Positions 1 to 9,363 of a stretch of DNA of 64,000 nucleotides are shown one piece after another. Source of the stretch: an uncultured Acidobacteriota bacterium (lineage in GTDB: Bacteria; Acidobacteriota; Terriglobia; Acidiferrales; UBA7541); contig CAVTLQ010000012.1 of NCBI GenBank assembly GCA_963735525.1, positions 165,005 through 229,004 of the forward strand, given 5' to 3'. Position 1 is the first letter of the stretch, and each line of letters opens with the position of its first letter. The translations under genes were made by a program, and so were the position numbers. The notes beneath the pieces were generated by a model. It saw nothing but the letters and a program-made list of their open reading frames with translations. It searched no databases and was not told where the DNA came from.

Positions 1-345
1 CAGCAGCGGCTCCCACGGCACAGCGTCCCGAGAGGGGGCCATTCTACTCCGAATTTTGATGCGGGAGCCAGCAGGTACGATATACACCCAGGAACGGCGG
101 TGGTTGCAAGAAGCCTGCGGGAAAATGCCCGAAAAGCACCCGGGAACGCCTAGCTTGGCAGTGCGGCGCCTTAATTCACAGCATTGTAACTTTCAATTTT
201 ACTTGTATTTATGCAGTCGCCATACTCTCGCCCAATTTGCACGAGCAGTCGAGGATATCCACAGTTCGTCGCTCGAATTGGGTGCCGGGATGTGGTACAC
301 ACGAGGCAATAGCCAGGTGGAATCTAGGAGAAGGGGTGGAGTGAA

Positions 346-3300
346 ATGAAAACGATGGTACGGCTCGTCCTTGTTAGCATGTGTCTTATTTGCTTGCTTA
401 CCTCGCCTGCGCAAGCACAGCAAACTCTCGGCTCAATCACTGGCACGGTAACCGATAGCTCCGGCGCAGTGATCCAGAGCGCAACCGTCAGGATTCACGA
501 CCTGGGCACGGGTTTGGAACAAACTGTCACTACCAAGACAGACGGCTCGTTCAATATTCCCGACCTCCAGATCGGTACATATAGCGTCACGTTTTCTCGC
601 GATGGATTCCGGACCGAGGTGCACTCGGAAATCATTGTGCAGGGGAGCCGCACGACAACGGTGAATGGGTCCTTGCAGCCTGGCTCAGTCACTTCCACGG
701 TCACCGTGACGGGCACACCGCTAATGAACCAGACGGACACCACCAACGGCTACGTGGTCGATCATTTCACGATTGAGGAGACGCCGCTGGGCACCGGCAG
801 CTTCACACAACTGGCGATTCTGAGTCCCGGCGTTCACGCGGATTTCCTGGGGGGTTCCGGCTCGAACTCCGGCCTTGGCAATCAGGCGATCTTCGCCAAC
901 GGAAACCGGGACACCAGCAATAGCTTCTCGTTGAATGGCACCAGCACGAACAACCTGTTTAACGGGAACTCTACCAGCCAGGTAGGAGAGAACCGCTTTG
1001 TCTTGAACACCGGTGAGAATTTCGGCTCGGGTGGCGGGATTCAGACCAGCACATCGGTGTATGCAGCGATCGGCCAGGCCCTGCCCACGCCCCCTCCCGA
1101 CGCCATCCAGGAAATCGCCGTGAATGCGTCGATGTATGACGCAACGCAGGGTAACAACAGCGGCGCCCACATCAGCGTGGTGACCAAATCGGGCACGAAC
1201 ACGACCCATGGCTCGGTCTGGGAGCAATTCCAGAACAGCGACATGAACGCCGCGCCGTTCTTCTACAACGCGTCGCCCGCGATCATCACCAAGGTTCCCT
1301 TCCTTAATCGAAACCAATTCGGCGCGACTCTTGGCGGGCCCATCAAGAAGGACAAGCTGTTCTACTTCGTCTCCTCCCAGGGGGTTCGTATCGCCGATGC
1401 GGAGTCTTCCATAAAGGACGCGACGGTGCCGCTGGGCCTGACCAACGACCGCAGCACGACCGGCATTATCAACATGATCCAGGCGAGCTACGGCACGACG
1501 ATCACCGCCGGCCAGATCAACCCGGCGGCGATGAACCTGTTGAATGCCAAGCTTCCGAACGGACAATTTCTGATTCCGAGCGCGCAAATCACCAACGCGA
1601 CGACGGCTACCGCGCTCGGGTACGATGCCGTGGTGCAAGGGCCCAACTCGCAGTCAAACTTCAATCAGGGAATTGCCAGTGTGGATTATGCAGCAAGCGC
1701 CAAGGATCATTTGTCGGTGAAGTATTACGTCCAGAACGATCCAACCACCAACCCGTTTGGCGCCGTGGGTTCCCTGCTCGGCTTCCCGCAGCAGCTTTCG
1801 GCGGGCAGCCAAGTAATTTCCGTCGGTAACACCGTTATCCTAGCTCCCAATCTAACTTGGGAGCAGCACGGCGGCTTCACGCGGCTGCGGGCTTACGCGA
1901 ACACGCAACAGGGCTTCAGCCCGAGTTCGATGGGCATCAGTCTGCTAGGTTCTGCGACGTTCCCCCAGTTCGATATCACTACTGCGGATCCGACCATTAG
2001 TTCCGGCCTGGAGTTCGGCCCCAGCACCAGCTTTGGCGACGCCGGTATGTTCCAGAATCAATGGGGAGGCGGGTCCACGATAAACCTGGTGCTAGGAAAG
2101 CAGACGATCAGTGTCGGCGGGCAATGGGACCACACGCAGCTGAATATCATCAACAACAACACCAACACGGACACGCTCGACTTCACGTCTTTCCTCACCT
2201 TTGTGCAAGGGCAGGTGCGTGATGGAAGTGCGTTCGCGGGTTCGGCGGACCGCTATTACCGGTCCGACACCGCGGGCCTGTTTGTGAACGATAGCTACAA
2301 GGTTCGCAGCAACCTGACAGTGAACGGCGGCCTGCGCTTGGATTTCGACGGGCCACTCTTGGAGAAGTATGGACGGCTGACCGGGTTCGACCCGAGCCTC
2401 TATGCGTACAATGCCGCCAGCGATACCATTACCAACTCCGGGCTGGAAATTGCGGGGAATAATCCGACGGCCGCCACTCCGGGCGTCAACGATACTTTGA
2501 TGAAAAACCACCAGTTCGGCTTCGCCCCGCGGTTCGGCGTGGCCTGGACACCGTTTACGAAACTGACGGTGCGCGCGGGTTACGGGATTTACTACGATCG
2601 TGGCGAGCTTTTCACCTACCTCTCGCCCAGTGCTGGATCCGGTTTTAACGGTCCGTTCGGCGTGACGCTGGCGCCGCCATTCGTGGAACCGGTCGCAGCT
2701 GCGCATAACGCGAGCCTTTCGGTGCCCTTCGGCACGGTTGCGCCGACGCCACCGACAGTCAGCGCCGCCGGTTTTCTGGCCTATTTGCCTAACCTGACAC
2801 AAACCGCATGTGGTTTTCCTGGATGCTGGCCGACGGGCAACCTGTTTGGTCCCTTCTTGTTTGGCGGTTATGACGTCCACAACAAATTGCCTTACACGCA
2901 GAACTGGACCTTCGACCTTCAATACCAGCTCTCCAACAACTGGATGTTCGAGGTCGGATATGTGGGCAACCACGGCACACATGAAGTGCTGCCCATTCCG
3001 TTCAACCAGCCGCTAATCGCCACGCCCACGCATCCGGTAAACGGCCAAATCTATTCCTATGGTGGCACGAGCCCGCTGAATCTGGATCTCGAGCCCATCT
3101 TCACGAACGAGTTTTCCGGGAACGCGCCGGTCCGCGTGCCTTATCCCGGCTATGACATGAATTCGGTGCTCTACGAGGCCGAAGGCATCTCCAACTACAG
3201 CGCTTTGCAGGTTCAGGTGCACAAGCGCTTTTCGTACGGACTGCAGTTGACCGGGTCGTATACCTGGTCACATTCTCTCGACGATCAGAGCGGGCTGGGA

Positions 3301-4023
3301 CTGTTCTTCACGGGGAACAATCCGCTGGTCCCGAAAGCCAGCTATGCGTCGTCGGACTTCGATCAGACGCACGTTTTTCTGGTGAACTACAGCTACACGA
3401 TTCCGAACCTGGTCAAGAGCAAGGCTCTGGGTGAGGCGGTCAATGGATGGATCATCGGCGGGCAGACCGTGGCGCAGAGCGGCCAGCCCTACAGCGTCTA
3501 TGACTATTCGGGTTCGGTGGGCAGCCTGTACTTCGGCACCCTTGACGAGATTGGGAACCCCATCGTGCCGCTTAAACCGGGCGTAAGCCCTTCGCAGGCG
3601 AAACTACAGGGTACCCTTGGCGTCAATGCGGGCCAGCCGGTGCTCAATGCCAACGACTTTGCACCGCAGTTTCTCGCGCCCGGCACGAGCGGAGTGCCTC
3701 CCTGCGACGCATCCGGGTGCGACGAGTTCGAGTCCCTTTACGGGACCTCGGGCCGGAACCTGTTTCGAGGTCCCTTCCAGGTGCGCTTCGATATGAGCCT
3801 GGCCAAGGAGTTCCCCATCAAGGAGCGCTTCCGGCTGCGCTTTGAAGCCGACGCGTTCAATGTGTTCAACCATCCCGATTTCGACACGCCGAACAACGAC
3901 GTGGACTTCTTCCCCAACTTCGTGGGTCCGCCATCGATTCCGCCCGCGGGCAGCCTGGGAGTGATTCAACACACCATTGGGAGCTCGCGGTTCCTGCAGT
4001 TGAGCCTGCACCTCGCCTTCTGA
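346..4023 (+). CDS. TonB-dependent receptor-like outer-membrane protein (Oar-like, N-terminal carboxypeptidase-regulatory-like domain)
   Basis: 1225 aa; signal peptide; GSITGTVTDSSGAVI N-domain; NRNQFGATLGGPIKKDKLFYF and FAPRFGVAW motifs typical of this family; C-terminal LSLHLAF beta-strand ending in Phe. Confidence 0.92.
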   Translation: MKTMVRLVLVSMCLICLLTSPAQAQQTLGSITGTVTDSSGAVIQSATVRIHDLGTGLEQTVTTKTDGSFNIPDLQIGTYSVTFSRDGFRTEVHSEIIVQGSRTTTVNGSLQPGSVTSTVTVTGTPLMNQTDTTNGYVVDHFTIEETPLGTGSFTQLAILSPGVHADFLGGSGSNSGLGNQAIFANGNRDTSNSFSLNGTSTNNLFNGNSTSQVGENRFVLNTGENFGSGGGIQTSTSVYAAIGQALPTPPPDAIQEIAVNASMYDATQGNNSGAHISVVTKSGTNTTHGSVWEQFQNSDMNAAPFFYNASPAIITKVPFLNRNQFGATLGGPIKKDKLFYFVSSQGVRIADAESSIKDATVPLGLTNDRSTTGIINMIQASYGTTITAGQINPAAMNLLNAKLPNGQFLIPSAQITNATTATALGYDAVVQGPNSQSNFNQGIASVDYAASAKDHLSVKYYVQNDPTTNPFGAVGSLLGFPQQLSAGSQVISVGNTVILAPNLTWEQHGGFTRLRAYANTQQGFSPSSMGISLLGSATFPQFDITTADPTISSGLEFGPSTSFGDAGMFQNQWGGGSTINLVLGKQTISVGGQWDHTQLNIINNNTNTDTLDFTSFLTFVQGQVRDGSAFAGSADRYYRSDTAGLFVNDSYKVRSNLTVNGGLRLDFDGPLLEKYGRLTGFDPSLYAYNAASDTITNSGLEIAGNNPTAATPGVNDTLMKNHQFGFAPRFGVAWTPFTKLTVRAGYGIYYDRGELFTYLSPSAGSGFNGPFGVTLAPPFVEPVAAAHNASLSVPFGTVAPTPPTVSAAGFLAYLPNLTQTACGFPGCWPTGNLFGPFLFGGYDVHNKLPYTQNWTFDLQYQLSNNWMFEVGYVGNHGTHEVLPIPFNQPLIATPTHPVNGQIYSYGGTSPLNLDLEPIFTNEFSGNAPVRVPYPGYDMNSVLYEAEGISNYSALQVQVHKRFSYGLQLTGSYTWSHSLDDQSGLGLFFTGNNPLVPKASYASSDFDQTHVFLVNYSYTIPNLVKSKALGEAVNGWIIGGQTVAQSGQPYSVYDYSGSVGSLYFGTLDEIGNPIVPLKPGVSPSQAKLQGTLGVNAGQPVLNANDFAPQFLAPGTSGVPPCDASGCDEFESLYGTSGRNLFRGPFQVRFDMSLAKEFPIKERFRLRFEADAFNVFNHPDFDTPNNDVDFFPNFVGPPSIPPAGSLGVIQHTIGSSRFLQLSLHLAF

Positions 4024-4057
4024 CGGCGCGAACGCTCGAGCTAGGATCGAGTGAACC

Positions 4058-4089
4058 TACGGGGTCGCTTCCGCGGCCCCGTATTTTTT
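4058..4089 (+). terminator. Rho-independent terminator
   Basis: TACGGGGTCGC-TTCC-GCGGCCCCGTA hairpin followed by TTTTTT, about 35 bp after the receptor stop codon. Confidence 0.85.
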
Positions 4090-4248
4090 GGGGGAGCGAG
4101 AAAAGAATACCCCTCAAAACCTTGCTTCTCCCCCTCGGCGATCGGGGAGCATTTCTTCTGCCAAGTTCGTCCAGACAACCGCAGCGGAGAATTCATCTTC
4201 GCCGCGCCGCTTTACAGATGCGCGCGCATTCATTACCCTAAACGGACT

Positions 4249-4692
4249 ATGTGGAATGTCGAAGAGCGGTTTTCACCAAAGGCCATCGAAGGTTTGGCGG
4301 CACTGGGCTTTGCCGTCGGCAGCACGCGCGGCGTGGTGCGCGTGGAGAAATACGGGTCGGGCGCGGAGTTTAGGAAAGGGACGGACGGCCTCTATCAAAT
4401 GACCATCCTTCCCACGATCATGCTCAAAGGCCAGTTCACGCGCCTGTGGGACGCCGGGTACCAGAAGTTTCTCCTCACCGACGACGGGCAGAAGCTGCCC
4501 GCGCTGGCGCAGCACTTGCATAATTTGCGCAAGTTCAACGAGGAGCTGCGCACCGCGCTGGGCGTGCCGACCTTTTACAATGAGGCGCTCGGCTCGGTGA
4601 GCCAAATCTCGGTCTACGATCGCGTCAAGGGCCGCAAGGGCGACGTGCCGGACGAGACCGTGGGCGCGCATTCGGATAGCGGCGGTCACTGA
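4249..4692 (+). CDS. hypothetical protein
   Basis: 3' part of ORF 4051-4692; ATG at 4249 chosen because the upstream part overlaps the terminator; genome-typical codon usage. Confidence 0.7.
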   Translation: MWNVEERFSPKAIEGLAALGFAVGSTRGVVRVEKYGSGAEFRKGTDGLYQMTILPTIMLKGQFTRLWDAGYQKFLLTDDGQKLPALAQHLHNLRKFNEELRTALGVPTFYNEALGSVSQISVYDRVKGRKGDVPDETVGAHSDSGGH

Positions 4693-4701
4693 TCGTCGTA
4701 A

Positions 4702-5013
4702 TTATCCGGCATCGCGGAGTTGCTTCCGGAATTGTGCGACATCCACGCGATGTTTCGCTGCTTTGCGCGTGCCGATGAAAATCACTGGAACATCCCATCC
4801 GTAGCGCTGGTTCAGAATCGGATCTTCGTCGATGTTGACCTCGCGCAGCGTCGCGCCAAACTCCAGCAACAACGGCGCAATGGCGGCTTTGGCCTCGTCG
4901 CAGAGATGACAGCCTGGGCGGGTATACAACGTCACGTCGCGCGGGCCGGCGGCCGAGAGCCGCTGATCCTCATTAAAATCCGGGCTAAGGGAGTTGCCGG
5001 GATGTTCGCTCAC
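4702..5013 (-). CDS. glutaredoxin-family protein (DUF836-like)
   Basis: VTLYTRPGCHLCDEA (CxxC) and RYGWDVPV; GTG start overlaps the upstream stop (GTGA). Confidence 0.85.
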   Translation of the reverse strand: MSEHPGNSLSPDFNEDQRLSAAGPRDVTLYTRPGCHLCDEAKAAIAPLLLEFGATLREVNIDEDPILNQRYGWDVPVIFIGTRKAAKHRVDVAQFRKQLRDAG

Positions 5014-5540
5014 GGTTTCGGATTCGAGTACTTCTGAAAAGGGCCGGAGTGCGGGTGGAACGCGCGGGCCCGATAAAGCTCGGCAATTTGGCGGAGATGC
5101 CCGAGGTCGTGCGAAGCCCACTCGTTGAGCATTTGCGACAGCGTGATGACGCCGAGTTCCGAGTGCTTCGCGGTACGAGCTCCCGCCGAGGCGGGTGCGC
5201 CCTTCAGGAGAGCGACAGCGGCCCGCCGCGCCGCTGCAAATCGCGCCAAATGCTCCGCCGCGGAACCCCGCGAGTAAGCACCCGCGTCCGACGGGCCCGG
5301 CTGCTCGTACTTCTGCAGTGCAGGCGAGTCTTCGGCGATGATGAGGCAGACCCGCTCGGAATACATTTTCTCGATGTCCGCAAGGTGCGCCAAAACTTCC
5401 GAGATAGACCAACGATCCGCTGCGGGCTTCCATTGCAGCAGATCGGGGGGCAAATCCCCAAGCAGCGTTTCGAGGACAATCGGCGTCTTTTCCAAGAGGG
5501 ACGCTGCGGGCTGAATGGCGGATGCGAGAGCCGTTTGCAC
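5010..5540 (-). CDS. DinB-superfamily protein
   Basis: WSISEVLAHLADIE and WASHDLGHLRQI His motifs; GGAGG RBS before GTG at 5540. Confidence 0.85.
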   Translation of the reverse strand: MQTALASAIQPAASLLEKTPIVLETLLGDLPPDLLQWKPAADRWSISEVLAHLADIEKMYSERVCLIIAEDSPALQKYEQPGPSDAGAYSRGSAAEHLARFAAARRAAVALLKGAPASAGARTAKHSELGVITLSQMLNEWASHDLGHLRQIAELYRARAFHPHSGPFQKYSNPKP

Positions 5541-5677
5541 GGAGCACCTCCGATCGGAGCTTTGATTGTAAGCCCGTCGCCCGGTCAAGGACACCGTGGC
5601 GCGTCTTGCCGCGGTGTCGCAGGGAGCGAAGAACCCGCGCATAATGAAGAGGCAGGACATCGAGAAAGGCGGAACGC

Positions 5678-6028
5678 ATGGCGAGAGTAGTGGCCTTGAT
5701 GGACGATTTATTCTTTCAGATGAAAGTGGCGGAGACCGCGAAGCACCTCGGCCTGGAGCTGAAGGTGGCTACCAACGGCGACGCGCTGATGGCGCTGCTC
5801 GCATCCGCGCCAAAGCTGGTGATCGTGGATCTGAACGCGCGCAGCCAGCCGATTCAAGCCGTTGAGCGCCTCCGCGCGGAAAAAAACGGCGCGCGCGTCG
5901 TGGCTTTCCTCTCGCACGTGCAGACCGAGCTGGCCGCACAGGCCCGCGCGGCCGGCTGCGACGAAGTGATGCCGCGATCGGCGTTTACGCAGAACCTGGC
6001 AGCGATTCTGTCGACGGCGAAAGACTAG
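5678..6028 (+). CDS. stand-alone receiver-domain-like protein
   Basis: 116 aa; MDD acidic pair, LVIVDL, ARAAGCDEVM; lacks the canonical KP motif. Confidence 0.7.
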   Translation: MARVVALMDDLFFQMKVAETAKHLGLELKVATNGDALMALLASAPKLVIVDLNARSQPIQAVERLRAEKNGARVVAFLSHVQTELAAQARAAGCDEVMPRSAFTQNLAAILSTAKD

Positions 6029-6029
6029 C

Positions 6030-6977
6030 GTGAGCTGGCTCTCCATGTTGGTGCACGCCCGGGTTCTTCTCGTGGCGTGCTCCATGTTGATGTTCGCAAA
6101 TGCCGGCACCGCCCAGGAGTCCAGCTCCCGACCAAACGCCACTCCCTCCAGCGTCGTCAACGGGCCGAGCGCCGCCCTGCGCGATGCACTGTCGGCGGCG
6201 TGTTCCCAAAGCGAGCGGAACTTCACAAAATTTCTGACCGCGCGCAACGTCGAAGCATTCGCCGGACTGACCCCGGCCGCTCGAGTGGCCCTGATGAAAC
6301 GCTTCGTGCTGTTGGACGAGCCGGGAAAAGCATCCCTGGTTACCAGTCCTTCCGGCAGGCCTATCGTGCGGTGCGAAACTCCCGGCGGCACTGCCGAGTT
6401 GCAAATCGGGGGCGCCGACGTCGGCGACAATCTCGCGTTCCTCCCCGTGGAGGTCCGCGATGCCAGCGACAACGTGGGCACCAACGTCATGCACGTGAAG
6501 ATGGGGTTGGTCCGCGAGAACGGCGAATGGAAGCTGCTCTCGGTCGGCCTGGTCCTTCTCGACTTGCCTTCGCTGGCCGCGGAATGGGATGCCGCGGAGA
6601 TCGAGGCCACCGAGCGAGCGGCCATCGAGGGGCTGAAAATGATCGGCGATGCCGTCGAAGCCTACCGCCGGGCGTATGCGCATCTTCCCGATTCGCTGGG
6701 AAGACTGGGGCCTCCCGCGCGCGGCGGGGTGAACGCGGATACCGCCGGCCTTCTGGATGCGGACGCCGCTTCCGGCGCAAAGAACGGCTACGTGTACCGC
6801 TATGTGATTGCCGGCGCCAGCGCGGTCGGCGCACCAGCGAAGTTCGAACTGGCGGCGACGCCACAGACTTACGGACGCACCGGGCGCCGCTCGTTTTTCC
6901 GCGACGCCGGCGGCGGCCTGCATGGCGCGGACCACCACGGCGCAGTGGGCGGCGAAGGCGACCCCAAGATTGAATGA
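6030..6977 (+). CDS. exported hypothetical protein with C-terminal pilin/DUF2950-like segment
   Basis: signal peptide; ERAAIEGLKMIGDAVEAY...SGAKNGYVYRY...ATPQTYGRTGRRSFF resembles acidobacterial pilin-like domains. Confidence 0.6.
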   Translation: MSWLSMLVHARVLLVACSMLMFANAGTAQESSSRPNATPSSVVNGPSAALRDALSAACSQSERNFTKFLTARNVEAFAGLTPAARVALMKRFVLLDEPGKASLVTSPSGRPIVRCETPGGTAELQIGGADVGDNLAFLPVEVRDASDNVGTNVMHVKMGLVRENGEWKLLSVGLVLLDLPSLAAEWDAAEIEATERAAIEGLKMIGDAVEAYRRAYAHLPDSLGRLGPPARGGVNADTAGLLDADAASGAKNGYVYRYVIAGASAVGAPAKFELAATPQTYGRTGRRSFFRDAGGGLHGADHHGAVGGEGDPKIE

Positions 6978-7155
6978 GCGTCCCCAACCATGGAGCGCCG
7001 GTTGACGAATTGTGTGGGCGCGCCTCGCTTCACACTTGCCCCGCGCCGCCCTCGATCACACAATAGGAAAGGGCATCTATCCACCCCGCGGCGATCTTTG
7101 CGGAGAAAAGCGCTCGCGACCCACCGGTCTCTCTCGGGCATAAGGAGACCTGCAC

Positions 7156-7485
7156 ATGTCAGATGTAATGGCTGATCGGCGTGAAGCGCCCCGCTATGCG
7201 CTGATCCTCGCGGCGGAAGTAGTCGAATTGGCCACTTCCGCGGTTTTGAGCGCCCGTTCTTCCGACGTCAGCCGCACCGGCTGCTATATCGACTCGCTCA
7301 ATCCCATCCCGGTCGGATCGCAAGTGAAGGTGCAGCTGCGCCGCGGAGACGTCGTCTTCGAAACCTCCGCGCGCGTCGTGTACGTATGCCCGGGACTCGG
7401 CATGGGCGTGCACTGGGGCACAAGTCCCGCGCCGGAAAAACTGGCGATCCTCGACCGCTGGCTCATGGACGCGGCCCGGAGCTAA
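7156..7485 (+). CDS. PilZ-domain (c-di-GMP-binding) protein
   Basis: RREAPR (RxxxR) and DVSRTGC (DxSxxG) motifs; AAGGAG RBS. Confidence 0.85.
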   Translation: MSDVMADRREAPRYALILAAEVVELATSAVLSARSSDVSRTGCYIDSLNPIPVGSQVKVQLRRGDVVFETSARVVYVCPGLGMGVHWGTSPAPEKLAILDRWLMDAARS

Positions 7486-7585
7486 ACCTAGCTGTTACGT
7501 TACTCGTCCCTTCAAGCTCTCCGGAACCTCGCACCGACGACATTTGTGCCCTGCTACACTTGACGCTACTATCGAACACTTCCTA

Positions 7586-8617
7586 ATGCGCCGCTCCACA
7601 CCCACACACGCCGCCCGTCTGTTGCTTGGCTTCGCGTTGCTGGCGTCTCTGCCGGCCGCGGCGCAGCCTCAAATCGATGCGCAAAATGGGCCGCTGCCGG
7701 TCTTCGAGCTTCACAGCGGATTCTGGATCAACCTGCATCACACGCTCTACGTGCAAGCGCGCCAGTCTCGCGACGGTCGAGGCGGTGTCTCCAGCACAAG
7801 CGCCACGACGCGTCGCACCGCCAGCGAACGCCTCGCCTGGGACGCCGCGGTCTCCTACTATCAGGCCAACTACGCCGACAAAGACCTGCTCTTCAATACC
7901 GAGCTGATCGAGCTCAAAAATCAGCTCGCTGATTTCGAGAGCTGCGACGAGCTCTCCGGCACCAAGCAAAAAACGTGCGACGCGGGCCTGCCCGCAAAAC
8001 TAACTAAAATCCTCGAAGCCGCCGCCCCCGTCTATCGCGCTCACGAGTGGCCCAGCCACGATCGCGCCAACCGCATCTGGATCGCCGGCGTCGCGCCACT
8101 GGTGCGCGAAAAAGGCCTCAGTCTGGCCGAGCGACTCTCGGAGGTCTATCAAGCGCGCTGGCCCAAGGAAAAGATTCGCGTCGATGTCACCGCCAATGCC
8201 AATTGGGCCGGCGCCTACACCACGCTCGATCCCTTGCGCGTAACCATTTCCAGCACCGACCCCAGAAATCAAGGCAGCGCCGCCCTCGAGGTCCTTTTCC
8301 ACGAGGCTTCCCACGGAATTGCCGAACCCGTTCAGCAAGCCATCATCCGTGAATGCCGCCAGCGCGAAAAAGCCATTCCCCGCGATCTGTGGCACGCGCT
8401 GATGTTCTACACCACCGGCGAAGTCATCAAGCCGGTCCTAAGCGCACAGAACGACGCCGACCAGGACACCGAATACACGCCCTACGCCGTCCGCGAACGG
8501 CTTTACCAACACGGCTGGGACGACTACCTAAAGCTGCTCACCCGCTTTTGGCAACCCTACCTGGACGGCAAAGCCAGCTTCGACGACGCTATTGCCCGCA
8601 TGGTCTCCGCTCTTTAG
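7586..8617 (+). CDS. exported protein with HExxH motif, possible zinc metallopeptidase
   Basis: signal peptide ending AAAQ; LFHEASH followed by a downstream DLWH. Confidence 0.65.
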   Translation: MRRSTPTHAARLLLGFALLASLPAAAQPQIDAQNGPLPVFELHSGFWINLHHTLYVQARQSRDGRGGVSSTSATTRRTASERLAWDAAVSYYQANYADKDLLFNTELIELKNQLADFESCDELSGTKQKTCDAGLPAKLTKILEAAAPVYRAHEWPSHDRANRIWIAGVAPLVREKGLSLAERLSEVYQARWPKEKIRVDVTANANWAGAYTTLDPLRVTISSTDPRNQGSAALEVLFHEASHGIAEPVQQAIIRECRQREKAIPRDLWHALMFYTTGEVIKPVLSAQNDADQDTEYTPYAVRERLYQHGWDDYLKLLTRFWQPYLDGKASFDDAIARMVSAL

Positions 8618-8680
8618 ATCTCTATCTCTGCGGCAAAGCCGCCGCTGCCCAATTTCGCGGCTTCTGCTAGTCTGACGGGC

Positions 8681-9290
8681 ATGAAATATCTCCTTGTTAG
8701 CCGTGACTGCCGCGGTGGCGGGAATGGCCGGGCTGGCCACCTTGCTGGCCGTGCCTCAGGCTGGCTCGGATGCGCGCGCACGCGAACTAATCCAAGCACT
8801 GAAGCTCGACGTATTGCCCAGAGAGTCGGAATATCTCGGGATTATCGGACGATCCGGGCAGATGGTGACCTTGGACGGCCGCACTCTGGCAGTGCAGAGC
8901 CAGAACTATTACATGCTCACGCGCGAACGGCCCATCAACTATCTCCATTGGCTCGCCCCGGACGATACCCACATCCTCATCGAGGGCGGCCCAGTGGACT
9001 ATTTCATCTTTCACGCCGACGGGCGCGCGGAAAAAGTTACGCTGGGTACGGACTTCCGTGCCGGGGAGCGGCCGGTGGTGGCGGTGCCAGGTGGTTGCTG
9101 GAAGGCGCTTCGGCTCCACGAAGGTGTCAGTTATGCATTGATGGCCAACACGCTTTCGCCGGAGTTTACTCCCGACCGCGTGAAGATTGGGGCCGGTGCC
9201 GGCTGGGTGAAGCGCTATGCGAGTTCCGCACCATGGGCGACGCCAGAAGCGTTGCGCGAACTGATCGGTCCGAATTGGATTCCGGAGTAG
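8681..9290 (+). CDS. cupin_5 (DUF985) family protein with signal-peptide-like N-terminus
   Basis: YYML...LHWL...GGPV...VVAVPGGCWKA...LSPEF; ATG 8681 (MKYL) joins the 8694 frame only with a 1-bp indel, otherwise TTG start at 8694. Confidence 0.75.
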
Positions 9291-9363
9291 CCCGTGTCAG
9301 TCTCTCTGGACGGCCCCAATCCATTCTCGCCCCTACCTTGTGAGCGCACGCGTGGTTTATCCC

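Noticed and set aside
1-42. Possible start of a minus-strand gene at 42 running off the window
   Set aside because: Only 14 codons are visible, not enough to support a call
4702-5679. 325-aa ORF ending in a glutaredoxin domain
   Set aside because: The upstream two-thirds is an alternative frame of the DinB gene; the real start is GTG at 5013
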